Shown: positions 39,540 to 49,237, numbered from the stretch's first letter. The stretch: DNA of 64,000 nt from an uncultured delta proteobacterium (GCA_963760795.1 CAVXEP010000004.1:192001-256000), one strand, 5' to 3'. Numbers and translations: made by a program. The notes: generated from the sequence alone by a model not told the origin.

Positions 39540-39940
39540 GATATCGGATAAATATTTGCGCGAGATTGGAAACGCCACTGATAAATTCCAAAGCTTTTTG
39601 TCCGTACGGAAAACGATTTTGATCGGATCCTTCGATAACCCCAAAATCGACCTCATTATCCAAAATTCATTTCTCGACTTCATGGCTTCGCCCGTCTTGA
39701 TCGAAATTTCGGTATCCGGGTATTGTTTCTCAAAATGTCCCACCGCGAGTGGAACCAGCGGCTGTAAGATAAACGCGCCGGCCGAACCGCTCGAACAGCT
39801 TTACCTCCAAAGCATCTTCCAGGTTTTTGACCTGTATGGATACCGACGGCTGGCTGATGCCCAGTTTCTCCGCAGCTTTCGAGAAGCGCGCTCGCGCGCG
39901 ATACGCAGAAAGATTTTTAACTGATGGAGATTGATTTACA
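39540..39940 (-). pseudogene. LysR-family transcriptional regulator remnant
   Basis: Minus strand reads INLHQLKIFLRIARER / SKAAEKLGISQPSVSIQVKNLEDALEVKLFERFGR, then fragments FEKQYPDTEISIKTG and ILDNEVDFGVIEG, with stops and deletions. Confidence 0.8.
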
Positions 39941-40005
39941 TTGATGGTCGTCTATCGTCCCCATCAAAATATTATATTTGAATAACGAAACCAAATCCCG
40001 TATGG

Positions 40006-41055
40006 ATGACCCATCACCGTCAATTTCCAGTGAGGAACTCTATGCTTCTTCGGGTAGTTTCGATCGCCTGCATCGTGGCGTTGTTGCCGTGGAATTTGGC
40101 CGCGGCGCAGGAAAAGAAGCTCGAGCCGCTGATCGTTTCCTACAGCTCAGTCACGGGGAATCGCGCGCCGTTTTGGATCGCCAAGGATCTCGGCCTCTAC
40201 GAGAAGTACGGCTTGGACGTGAAGCTGGTCAACATCGCCGCCGGCAGCGTATCGCTGACGGCCTTGCTCGCCGGCGACGTGCATCTGACCACCGACTCGA
40301 GTTCCGGCGTGGTCGCCGCCGCCGGCCGCGGCGCGCCCATCGTCACGGTGTCCACCAACGGCGCCCTGCCCTATCAATTCGTCGCGCTCGCTTCGATCAA
40401 ATCGCCCGACGATCTCAAAGGCAAGATTGTCGGCAGTAGCCGCATCGGCGCCGGCACCGATTTTTTGCTGCGCCGGATTCTCGCCAAGATTGGCTTGACG
40501 CCGGGCAAAGACGTGAGCCTGATTCCAACCGGAGTCAGCGAATCGGATAAACGACTTCAGCTGATGTTTCAGGGCAAGATCGACGCCACCATTGGCGAGT
40601 CGGACAAAGTATTTCAAGTCACTGAAAGCGGCGCGCAAAAACTCACTATCTTGGGCGAGCCCAAAGACTTTGGCGTGGCCGCGCCGGGCAGCGAAATCAA
40701 CACCACCCGGCAGGTGATCAAAGAGTTGCGGCCGCGCTTGAAGGCGTTCTTCATGGCCTATAGCGAAGCGATCGCGCTGGGCCGAAAGAACCGCGAGCTG
40801 GCGTACCAAATATTCCGCAAGTACATGCGGCTGCCGAATAATCCCAAGCTCTTGGAGTTTACCTATCGAGCCCAACTGCTCGACGCGATCCCGGCCAAAC
40901 CCTGGCCGCGGGAAGATTCCGTGCAAGCGAGCATCGAAGACCTGCGCGGCACCATCGCCAAGCTCGAATCGATGAAAGTCGGCGATTTCGTCGACGCGTC
41001 ATTGATTCGGGAGCTCGACCAAGAGGGATTTTTCGCGCGCTTGGAGAAGCCATGA
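40006..41055 (+). CDS. ABC substrate-binding protein, SsuA/NMT1-like
   Basis: PFWIAKDLGLYEKYGLDV, ALLAGDV, DLKGKIVGSSRIGAGTD, EGFF. Confidence 0.88.
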   Translation: MTHHRQFPVRNSMLLRVVSIACIVALLPWNLAAAQEKKLEPLIVSYSSVTGNRAPFWIAKDLGLYEKYGLDVKLVNIAAGSVSLTALLAGDVHLTTDSSSGVVAAAGRGAPIVTVSTNGALPYQFVALASIKSPDDLKGKIVGSSRIGAGTDFLLRRILAKIGLTPGKDVSLIPTGVSESDKRLQLMFQGKIDATIGESDKVFQVTESGAQKLTILGEPKDFGVAAPGSEINTTRQVIKELRPRLKAFFMAYSEAIALGRKNRELAYQIFRKYMRLPNNPKLLEFTYRAQLLDAIPAKPWPREDSVQASIEDLRGTIAKLESMKVGDFVDASLIRELDQEGFFARLEKP

Positions 41056-41105
41056 AACGGCCATTGATTCTAACTAAACCCGCCTCATAGGCGGGCACAA
41101 ATAAA

Positions 41106-41167
41106 TGGGGTTTCCAAAGGGGGCGAGCATCCCCTTTGGTCGCCCGCGGGGTTCAAACCCCGCGGGC
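41106..41167. repeat. REP-like double hairpin
   Basis: CCAAAGGGG...CCCCTTTGG followed by CCCGCGGGGTTCAAACCCCGCGGG. Confidence 0.55.
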
Positions 41168-41175
41168 GAATTCAA

Positions 41176-42123
41176 TTGATTTTCCTGCTGATTTCGCTTT
41201 ACTGCTTGTGCGGTTACCGCGACGGCGCCGCCCAGGAAAAAATCCGCATCGGCATTTCCGCCATCTCGCTGGGTTTTTTGCCGACCATCATCGCTGAAAA
41301 AAAAGCCTTCTATGCCAAGCACGGCATCCAATCCGAGCATGTGCTGGTGCCCTGTGCCATCGCCACCAACGCGCTGCTCTCGGACGATCTCGACTTCGCG
41401 GTCTGCACCGGCCCGGGCATCGCCGGCGCCATCAAAGGACTGCCGATCAAATTGGTGATGACCACCCAGGACAAGCTCGGCTATCTGCTCCTGGTCAAAG
41501 CCAACGTGCAAAAGCTCACCGACCTGCGCGGCAAGACCATCGGCATCAGCACTTTCGGCAGCCAGCTCTACTTGACCTCGATAACTCTGCTGCGCCGTTA
41601 CGGCCTGGAACCCGGTAAGGATATCAATCTCATCCCCGGCGGCGACAACACCGCCCGCCTTGCCGCTATGGATGGCGGCAAGGTGGACGCGGCCTTCGTC
41701 TCCTCGCCTGCCGATATCTTCGGCGCCAAGCGCGGCTACAAGGTGCTGCTCTGGACCCGCGATCACGTGCCGCTGCTACAAAACGCCATGGTGACCACCG
41801 ACAAGCAGCTCAAGACGGCGCCGGACAAAGTAAAGCGCACGATCAAAGCCAGCATCGAAGCGCTGCGCTTCATTCGCGAGCAGCCCGAGGAAACCATCAA
41901 CATCGCCGCCAAGTGGTTGAAGCTCGACCTCGCCATCACGCGCGCGGCCTTTGAAAATTACCTGCCATGCTACAGCGCCGACGGCGCTCTGTCCGATCAG
42001 GCACTGCAGGATTTGATTCAATACGAATTGGATCGCGGCAATCTCAAGAAAGAGATTCCCTTGACCCAAGTGGCGAGCCGCGCGCTGTTGCAGCAAGCGC
42101 AAAAGGAACTTCATCTGCGCTAG
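41176..42123 (+). CDS. ABC substrate-binding protein, SsuA/NMT1-like
   Basis: IRIGIS, DLRGKTIGISTFGS, ARLAAMDGGKVDA. Start is uncertain. Confidence 0.85.
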   Translation: MIFLLISLYCLCGYRDGAAQEKIRIGISAISLGFLPTIIAEKKAFYAKHGIQSEHVLVPCAIATNALLSDDLDFAVCTGPGIAGAIKGLPIKLVMTTQDKLGYLLLVKANVQKLTDLRGKTIGISTFGSQLYLTSITLLRRYGLEPGKDINLIPGGDNTARLAAMDGGKVDAAFVSSPADIFGAKRGYKVLLWTRDHVPLLQNAMVTTDKQLKTAPDKVKRTIKASIEALRFIREQPEETINIAAKWLKLDLAITRAAFENYLPCYSADGALSDQALQDLIQYELDRGNLKKEIPLTQVASRALLQQAQKELHLR

Positions 42124-42127
42124 AACC

Positions 42128-43336
42128 ATGAACGATTCAACCACAGCCGCGCCGCTCGCCGGAGTTCGCGTCCTGGATTTTACCCATGTGCTGGCCGGTC
42201 CCTTTTGCACCAGGCTCTTGGCCGACCTGGGCGCGGATGTCGTGCGCGTCGAAAGCAGCAAGCATCCGGATCATCCCTGGCCCTCCGCTCATATCGGCAC
42301 AGACGGCCGCCACGCTTCTTATTTGAATACCAACCGCAACAAGCGCTCCATCGCCATCGATCTGAAACACCCGAGCGGCCAACAGACCGCGGTCAACCTC
42401 GCGGCGCGGGCCGATGTCGTGGTGGAGAATTTTAGCGCCGGGGTGATGGATCGGCTCGGTCTCGGCTATGAGACTCTGCGTTCGCGCAATCAAGGGATCA
42501 TCTCCGTGAGCATGTCAGGATATGGCCATGACGGCCCGAGACGCGGCTGGACGAGCATGAACATGAATCTCCAGGGCTACAGCGGCCTGATGACCGTCAC
42601 CGGCGCCGAAGGTGATCCGCCGACGGCGATCTCGAATTCTTGGAATGATTACATCGGCGGGCTGCACGCCTGCGTCGCGATTGTTCAGGCGCTCGACGAA
42701 CGCGGTCTGAGCGGCATCGGAACCCGGCTCGACCTGAGCCAGTTCGAGTGCAGCGTCGCGATGATCGCGCCGTTGCTCTTGGCCAGCGCGGTTACCGGGC
42801 GGAATCCGCCGCGCATGGGCAACCGCTCGGCGCGCTTTGCGCCCCAGGGGGTTTATCGCTGCGCCGGCACCGACAACTGGTGCGCCGTCAGCGTGCGAAC
42901 TGAAGACCAGTGGCGCTCCCTCGGACGAATCATCGGCAAAGATAGCTGGGCAGCGCAGGAGCGCTTCGCGACAGTTTCCGGCCGCCAGCAATGGCACGAC
43001 GAAATCGACGAGCAACTGAGTACGTGGACCAGACCGCTGTCAAACCTTGCAGTGGAGCAAATCCTCAAAGCCGGCGGCATTCGCGCCGAACGGGTGCGGC
43101 GCATTAATGATTTGTTCGACCAACCGGATGGCGCGACGATTTTTCGCTCAATGACGGAACCGCGTGTCGGCACCATGCTCACCACCGGATTACCATTTCG
43201 ATTTTCCACTGGCTCTTTCCCTGCGCCCTCTCCCGCCCCCGCGCTCGGCCAGCACAGCGACGAGGTTCTGCGCGACTGGTTGGGCCTCGGCCAGGAGGAG
43301 ATTCAGGCGCTCGACAACCAAGGAGCGCTTACCTGA
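42128..43336 (+). CDS. Class III CoA transferase (CaiB/BaiF), catalytic Asp present
   Basis: PLAGVRVLDFTHVLAGP, NRNKRSIAIDLK, ADVVVENF, SWNDYIGG, APALGQHS. Confidence 0.93.
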   Translation: MNDSTTAAPLAGVRVLDFTHVLAGPFCTRLLADLGADVVRVESSKHPDHPWPSAHIGTDGRHASYLNTNRNKRSIAIDLKHPSGQQTAVNLAARADVVVENFSAGVMDRLGLGYETLRSRNQGIISVSMSGYGHDGPRRGWTSMNMNLQGYSGLMTVTGAEGDPPTAISNSWNDYIGGLHACVAIVQALDERGLSGIGTRLDLSQFECSVAMIAPLLLASAVTGRNPPRMGNRSARFAPQGVYRCAGTDNWCAVSVRTEDQWRSLGRIIGKDSWAAQERFATVSGRQQWHDEIDEQLSTWTRPLSNLAVEQILKAGGIRAERVRRINDLFDQPDGATIFRSMTEPRVGTMLTTGLPFRFSTGSFPAPSPAPALGQHSDEVLRDWLGLGQEEIQALDNQGALT

Positions 43337-43872
43337 TGGCCGATGGCAGCGATTTGATCACCACAGAGATGTTGAACTGGATCGGCCGCGCCACGCCGCC
43401 GACTCCGTTGATCGTCATGACGCTGTCGGATGTCCGCCGCTATGTCGATGCCACAGGCGATCGCAATCCGCTCTGGTGCGACGACGACTATGCCAAGGCC
43501 GCAGGCTACCAAGGGCGCATTCTGCCGCCAGCTTTGGTCGGTTGGGTGCCGTTCAGCATCAGGGAAAATCCCGATGGCTCGAGCGCGGAAGCGCCTGATC
43601 TACGGCGCCAGATCCCGGTGCCGCCGCACTACACCAACGTCCGCAACGCCGGCTCAGAAACCGAATGGCTCCAACCCGTCTACCCCGGCGAGCCACTTTT
43701 AACGCAGAGTTGTCTGGTCGATATTATCGCGCGCCAGGGCCGCGCCGGGTTGGGCATCTATATTACCCAAGAGGAACAGATCCTGAATTCCGGCGGCGAA
43801 ACCGTCATGCGCCGGCGCCACACAATGGCGCTTTTTCCCGCAGCCAAACTCGCCGGCGCGGCGAAAGAATAA
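43336..43872 (+). CDS. MaoC-like dehydratase N-terminal domain (hot-dog fold) protein
   Basis: DVRRYVDATGDRNPLW, NAGSETEWLQPVYPG. Confidence 0.85.
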   Translation: MADGSDLITTEMLNWIGRATPPTPLIVMTLSDVRRYVDATGDRNPLWCDDDYAKAAGYQGRILPPALVGWVPFSIRENPDGSSAEAPDLRRQIPVPPHYTNVRNAGSETEWLQPVYPGEPLLTQSCLVDIIARQGRAGLGIYITQEEQILNSGGETVMRRRHTMALFPAAKLAGAAKE

Positions 43873-43873
43873 C

Positions 43874-45004
43874 ATGGCTCGGATCATCGAAGTTACCGAT
43901 CTCTCGGGAGCCTACGCTTCGCGCCTGTTCGTCGAAAGCGGCCATGAAGTGATCCGCGTCGAATGGCATAATCCGGACTCCTTGCGCTACCGAGAACCTC
44001 TGCTCGACAGTGGCAATAACGGCGAGAGCAGCGCTTACCATCATTTTCTCAACGCCGGCAAGAAAAGCTTGGCGCTCGATCTCGACTCCACCGCGGGCCG
44101 GGAGATATTCTTGCGCCTGGTCGCGCAGGCCGACGTTTTGATCGCCAACACACCGCTTGCCATTGAAGACGCAGCGCTGATTGCCGCCAATACTAAGCTC
44201 GTTTACAGCAAGATCGAAGACGAAGAACCTGACATCTGCGCCATGGCGCGCTCCGGATTGATGTCATTGACCGGCCAACCGGATCAGTCTCCCATGGTCT
44301 TGGGCGGCGATATCGCGGCATTGGCAACCGGCATCTATGTCGCCGTCGCCACGGCGGCGGGGCTGCGCAGCGCCACGAAAACCGGCAAAGGATTGATCGT
44401 TACCGTGTCGCTACGCGAAGCATTGGAGAGCTTCGCCGAGCAGGCGATGGTCGAATACAGCTTCTCCGGCGTTGTTACCGAGCGGCGCGGCAGCAAGGGT
44501 GCGATTACCGCCATTTCCGGCGCCCTGCCCTGTAAAGACGGCCATTGGGTCATCAGCCAGATCCATCGACCGGGACGTTGGAACAAATTCGTCGAATGGG
44601 TGAGCGATCCCGAACTCGCGGCCGACGCGTCACTGGCGGAAGAAGAAAACCAAATCAAACGACGCGATTTTATTCTCGACCGGGTGCTTTCGTGGGCCGG
44701 CCAACATGCCAAGAACGACCTGGTGCAGGAAGCGCAAAAACGCCACTTCCCCGCTTCGCCGGTATCGACGACTTTAGATTTAATCGACGATCCGCAACTC
44801 ATCGCGCGCGGATTTTTGCGGCGCATCGAGCATCGGCAATTCGGCACAATCACGTTTCCCCAGGGCGCCATCGCCACCATGCGCAAAAGTGAAATGGCAG
44901 CGGCGCCGCGGCTCGGCGAACACAACCGTGAGATTCTTTCACAGTTAGGCTACTCCTCAAGCGATCAACAAGCCTTTGCCGCAGCGGGAGCGGTCCGAGG
45001 ATAA
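43874..45004 (+). CDS. Class III CoA transferase subunit, probably non-catalytic
   Basis: GAYASRL, LNAGKKSLALDL, PCKDG, APRLGEHN. Confidence 0.88.
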   Translation: MARIIEVTDLSGAYASRLFVESGHEVIRVEWHNPDSLRYREPLLDSGNNGESSAYHHFLNAGKKSLALDLDSTAGREIFLRLVAQADVLIANTPLAIEDAALIAANTKLVYSKIEDEEPDICAMARSGLMSLTGQPDQSPMVLGGDIAALATGIYVAVATAAGLRSATKTGKGLIVTVSLREALESFAEQAMVEYSFSGVVTERRGSKGAITAISGALPCKDGHWVISQIHRPGRWNKFVEWVSDPELAADASLAEEENQIKRRDFILDRVLSWAGQHAKNDLVQEAQKRHFPASPVSTTLDLIDDPQLIARGFLRRIEHRQFGTITFPQGAIATMRKSEMAAAPRLGEHNREILSQLGYSSSDQQAFAAAGAVRG

Positions 45005-45009
45005 AACCC

Positions 45010-45465
45010 ATGGCACTGCACCAACCCGTCCGTTTCGAAGACGTGCATATCGGCGACACCATCCCGGAACGCCAGTATGGCCCGCTGACCATCATCGACA
45101 CGGTACGCTGGGCCGGCCTACAGGAAAATTCGCAACAACTACATTTCGACCGCGATCACGTGCGCCAGCACAATGGGCTCAAGACCTTCATCGCCAGCGG
45201 CGCCTACCGCCAGGCGCTGCTCATGCGCATGTTGACCGATTGGATCGGCCCCCAGGGCCGGCTCAGAAAAATCGCCGTGCGGCAGACCTATTCGACCTTC
45301 GAAGGCGATCTGATGTGCTTCGGTGCTAAGATCGTCGAGAAATCCGCCGATCCAACCGATCCATGGATCGACTGTGAACTAAATGGCAAGAATCAAGACG
45401 ACAAGCAGATACTTACCGGACATTGCCGCTTAATGTTGCCGTGCCGCGCTCGATCCGGGATTTAG
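45010..45465 (+). CDS. MaoC-family dehydratase (hot-dog fold)
   Basis: FEDVHIGD, LHFDRD, LTDWIGPQGRL. Confidence 0.85.
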   Translation: MALHQPVRFEDVHIGDTIPERQYGPLTIIDTVRWAGLQENSQQLHFDRDHVRQHNGLKTFIASGAYRQALLMRMLTDWIGPQGRLRKIAVRQTYSTFEGDLMCFGAKIVEKSADPTDPWIDCELNGKNQDDKQILTGHCRLMLPCRARSGI

Positions 45466-45571
45466 GACGAACCGAGTACGCGACGCCGTTACGGCCATGC
45501 ACCGACAACGACTCAATACAACCGGCTAGCCCTTTTCTCCAACCCCCGGCTTTGTTATAGACCAGGCTTGC

Positions 45572-46606
45572 ATGGGCGCGCTCACCAAAAACTCGCTGCG
45601 CTTTGTCGCGATCGCCGGGCTGTTGTGCACGACGGTTGCGGTGAGCGCCAATCCCTACCTGCCGAAATCAAATGAAGCGTTAACCAGCATCCGCGTCGGC
45701 ACCTGCGGCACCTCGGGCGGCTTCATTCATTTTTACACCGCGCTATCCAGCGGATTGTTCGAAAAGTACGGCATCAAAGTCGAGCATGTGACGCTGCGCG
45801 GCGGCGCCGTTACCATTACGGCGCTGGCCTCCGACGGCATCCAATTTTTATATTGCTCGGCCGACCCGCAGATCCCGCGCATGGCCGCCGGCGCTGAAGC
45901 GAAAATCGTCAGCTCGCTGATCGTCGGCTTGCCCTGGGTGCTGATGGGGAAGAGCGACATCAAGCGACCCGCCGATCTCAAGGGCCGGACCATTCCGGTT
46001 TCGCGTCCAGGGGGATTGACCGATCACCTCGCCAAAGCCGTGCTCAAGAAAAACAATCTGACCACCCAAGACGTAAAGCTCTTACACATTGGCGGCACCG
46101 GCCAACTGGAGCCGTACAATGCCCTCTTGCAGGGGCTGGCCGACGCCGTCCTACTGACGCCGCCCCTCGACGTGCGCGCCAAGCGCGATGGTTATCACTT
46201 GATCTTCAGCCTAAAAGAGTTGGACGTGCCGTCGATTTACAGTTCGATTTTAACCAACTTTAGAACCCTCAAAGAACGGCCTCAATTAGTCCAGCGCTTC
46301 GTCGCGGCGATGAGTGAGACGATTTATTTCGTCGAGAAGAACCCGGAACGCGCTACGCAAAGCCTAGGCAAAGCGCTCGCAATTAACGACCCAGAAATAC
46401 TGCAATCCGCCTATCAAGCTTACGCGCGCAACCTGGTCAACCGGCGCATGACCGTCCCCGGCAAAACCGTCGCCGACGCCGTCGAGTTGGCGCGCGAAGA
46501 AGTGGCGCAGATCCGCCGCAAGCCCGAAGAACTGTACGACAACAGTTTCACCGACAACTTAGTGAAGAGCGGTTTCTTGAAAGAACTGTGGGGCACTCTG
46601 CCGTAA
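45572..46606 (+). CDS. ABC substrate-binding protein, SsuA/NMT1-like
   Basis: GLFEKYGIKVE, PADLKGRTI, SGFLKELW. Confidence 0.88.
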   Translation: MGALTKNSLRFVAIAGLLCTTVAVSANPYLPKSNEALTSIRVGTCGTSGGFIHFYTALSSGLFEKYGIKVEHVTLRGGAVTITALASDGIQFLYCSADPQIPRMAAGAEAKIVSSLIVGLPWVLMGKSDIKRPADLKGRTIPVSRPGGLTDHLAKAVLKKNNLTTQDVKLLHIGGTGQLEPYNALLQGLADAVLLTPPLDVRAKRDGYHLIFSLKELDVPSIYSSILTNFRTLKERPQLVQRFVAAMSETIYFVEKNPERATQSLGKALAINDPEILQSAYQAYARNLVNRRMTVPGKTVADAVELAREEVAQIRRKPEELYDNSFTDNLVKSGFLKELWGTLP

Positions 46607-46738
46607 CAGGCTGCTGAAAAAGGGTGGAGAATGGTTCGACAAGCTCAGCATAAACGGAATTTTTTATCCTTCTCAGTTCCTCTCCGTTCGTCCTGAGACT
46701 GTCGAAGGACTCCGAGAGGGCTTTTTAGCAACCGGTCA
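46605..46738. mobile_element. MITE-like element with IS-type ends and an internal REP-like pair
   Basis: Ends CAGGCTGCTGAAAA ... TTTTTAGCAACCGG; internal TTCGACAAGCTCAG..AACGG versus CCGTTCGTCCTGAGACTGTCGAA. Confidence 0.6.
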
Positions 46739-46796
46739 GGGCGGGAACTCGCCGTAACCGCGCCACCAAGAACCAACAATTCACAAGGAGCAGAAC

Positions 46797-47675
46797 ATGG
46801 AAGAGAAAATCAGTTTCCAATCCGACGGATTGAAAATCGCCGGTCTCATCGACACCCCGGCCGAATACAAAACCGGCGAGCGCCGGCCGGCGTTCATCAC
46901 GCTGCATGGCTTTGGCGGCAACAAGGACGGCCAAGGCCAAAAAGTCGTCGCCAAGCAACTCAGTCAATGGGGCTACATCGCGCTGCGGCTGGACTTCCGC
47001 GGCTGCGGCGAGAGCGAAGGTGAACGGGGCAGGATCATATGCCTGGACCAAGTGGCCGACACGCGCAATGCGATCTCATACTTGGCGACAAGACCGCAGG
47101 TCGACCCCGCGCGCATCGGCCTTATCGGCAGCAGCTTCGGCGCCGCGGTGGCAGTATTTACTGGCGGCGCCGACAAGCGCGTCGCCGCGGTGATCTCCTG
47201 CGGCGGCTGGGGCGACGGCGAAAGAAAATTCCGCGGTCAGCATCCCGGCGCGGAAAAGTGGGCGAAGTTCACCGCCATGCTCGAAGAAGGTAAACGCCAC
47301 CGCGAACAGACCGGCAAATCCCTCATGGTGCCGCGCTACGACATCGTGCCGATCCCGGAAAAGCTGCGCAACCGCATGAGCGGCGGCTCGATCATGGAGT
47401 TCCCCGCCGAGACCGCCCAGAGCATGAACGACTTCCGCGCCGACGATCAGGTCGGCAACATTTCACCGCGGCCGCTCTTGCTCATCCACAGCGCCAACGA
47501 CTCGGTGACACCGACCTACGAGTCCATCGAGATGTTCAAGAAAGCCCGCCAGCCGGCCGAGCTGCACCTCTTGTCGGACGTCGACCATTTTACCTTCAAC
47601 GAAGAGAATCCGCGGCTGACCAATATCGTGCATGAATGGCTAGAGAAATATTTTCCCGTGGAGAACGGTAGTTAG
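46797..47675 (+). CDS. Alpha/beta hydrolase
   Basis: LHGFGG, DFRGCGESEG, GLIGSSFG, PRPLLLIHSAND, VDH. Confidence 0.9.
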   Translation: MEEKISFQSDGLKIAGLIDTPAEYKTGERRPAFITLHGFGGNKDGQGQKVVAKQLSQWGYIALRLDFRGCGESEGERGRIICLDQVADTRNAISYLATRPQVDPARIGLIGSSFGAAVAVFTGGADKRVAAVISCGGWGDGERKFRGQHPGAEKWAKFTAMLEEGKRHREQTGKSLMVPRYDIVPIPEKLRNRMSGGSIMEFPAETAQSMNDFRADDQVGNISPRPLLLIHSANDSVTPTYESIEMFKKARQPAELHLLSDVDHFTFNEENPRLTNIVHEWLEKYFPVENGS

Positions 47676-47689
47676 AAAGCAAAAATTGT

Positions 47690-48012
47690 TTCACCACGAA
47701 GGCACGAAGGACACGAAGGTTCGGAAATTACTTTTGTTAACTTCGTGCGCTTCGTGTCCTTCTTAGAAATTACATGTGAGAGGATGATATGCACAATGAA
47801 GAGCGTCCGGGCTCCGTCATGCCGGCGCAGGCCGGCATCCAGACCCATCATCCACCTGGATACCGTTTTTCAACGGTATGACGGACTCTGTCCGTCACCT
47901 GGATTCCGCCTGCGCGGGAATGACGAATCGAAAAATGAAGCAACTTCTAGGAATGCGAACCATGTTCATGGTCTGTAGGCGAGCGTAAGCTCATGGACAC
48001 TTCGTGGTGAAT
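47690..48012. repeat. Composite nested repeat (CACGAAG-periodic ends with GTCAT...ATCCAG REP-like pairs inside)
   Basis: tcaccacgaaggcacgaaggacacgaag (47691) ... cttcgtgcgcttcgtgtccttc ... cttcgtggtga (48000); internal ccgtcatgccggcgcaggccggcatccag, ctggataccg..cggtatgacgg and ctggattccgcctgcgcgggaatgacg. Confidence 0.75.
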
Positions 48013-48042
48013 AACGAATTTTCTTTAGACTAGGAAACAGCA

Positions 48043-49092
48043 GTGGCCAAAATCGATCACCAACAACTTCTAAGCTTCTGCAAACAACTCTTGGCCACCG
48101 GCGGCATGTCGCGCGACGACGCCGATCTGGTCGCTGAACTGCTGGTGCGCGGCGAGCTGCGCGGCTACGCCGGCCACGGCGTGCTTCGCGTCAATCCCTA
48201 TTTGAATTGGATCAAAGACGGCACCTATCAGATCAAAGACAAGCCGGCCATCGAGCGTGAAGGCAAGATCACCGCCATGGTCGACGGCAAACATTACATC
48301 GGTCAAGTCGCCGCCCACTTCGCCATGGAGCTGGCCATCGAGAAAGCGAATACCCATGGCGCCGGAATCGTCTGCTTGCGCCGCGCCGGCCATACCGGAC
48401 GGCTCGCCGACTACATGGAGATGGCCACCGACCGCGGCATGATCGGCATCGCCGCCGCCAGCGTCGGCTCGGCGGTCACCGCGCTCTACGGCGCCATGCA
48501 GCCGATCACCGGCACCAACCCGATCGCCTTCGGCATTCCGGCGCGCGGCGGCCGTCACATCATTCTCGATTTCGCCACCGCGTCCATGAGCATGGGCGAG
48601 ATTCAGAAACGCATCCGCAACAAAGAAAAAATTCCCGAGGGGGTCATGCTCGACGGCCACGGCAACCCGACCACCGATTTCAAAACCTTCCGCGGCCCGC
48701 CGCGCGGCGTGTTCCTGGCCTTTGGCGGCTACAAAGGTTCGGGCTTGGCGCTGATCACCGAAGTCCTCGGCGGCCTGCTTTCCGGCAACGGCTTGGGCAA
48801 ACAATACTGGGACAACCGCGCCCACGGCGTCAACGGACTCTTTCTTCAGGCTATCGCGGTCGAAGAATTTCAGGAATTGGAAATCTTTTACGACAAAGTC
48901 GACGAACTCATCGCATTCATAAAATCGACGAAGTGCGCGCCGGGTTTTAGCGAAATCCTTTTGCCGGGAGAGTCGGGCAAGAAACGCGAAGCTCACAATC
49001 GCCAACATGGCGTCGAAGTCGAAGCAGGCACTTGGGCCAATCTCACCGAGCTTGCAGCAGAATTGAAAGTTGAAGTGCCAACACCGCTGTAA
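48043..49092 (+). CDS. Ldh_2 (malate/L-lactate/ureidoglycolate dehydrogenase) family oxidoreductase
   Basis: LRGYAGHGV, HTGRLADY, GTNPIAFGIP, LDFAT, GGYKGSGL, ILLPGE. Confidence 0.92.
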   Translation: MAKIDHQQLLSFCKQLLATGGMSRDDADLVAELLVRGELRGYAGHGVLRVNPYLNWIKDGTYQIKDKPAIEREGKITAMVDGKHYIGQVAAHFAMELAIEKANTHGAGIVCLRRAGHTGRLADYMEMATDRGMIGIAAASVGSAVTALYGAMQPITGTNPIAFGIPARGGRHIILDFATASMSMGEIQKRIRNKEKIPEGVMLDGHGNPTTDFKTFRGPPRGVFLAFGGYKGSGLALITEVLGGLLSGNGLGKQYWDNRAHGVNGLFLQAIAVEEFQELEIFYDKVDELIAFIKSTKCAPGFSEILLPGESGKKREAHNRQHGVEVEAGTWANLTELAAELKVEVPTPL

Positions 49093-49110
49093 ATGAATTT
49101 GTAATCTTCA

Positions 49111-49185
49111 GCCAACTATGGCATGGTCCGACCGTCAGAAGAAACAATTTTAATCACAACGCCGACTATGGCATGGTCCCACCGT
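49111..49185. repeat. Two 25-bp direct repeats, period 50
   Basis: GCCAACTATGGCATGGTCCGACCGT and GCCGACTATGGCATGGTCCCACCGT (2 mismatches). Confidence 0.8.
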
Positions 49186-49237
49186 AGGGACGAAAAATTG
49201 CTCGCCTACACTATCGGAACACAGAGGAGGAACGCAT

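Noticed and set aside
39514-39924. 136-aa plus-strand ORF
   Set aside because: Antisense shadow of the LysR remnant.
49111-49185. Possible mini CRISPR array
   Set aside because: Only two repeats, a short spacer, no leader and no cas genes in the window.
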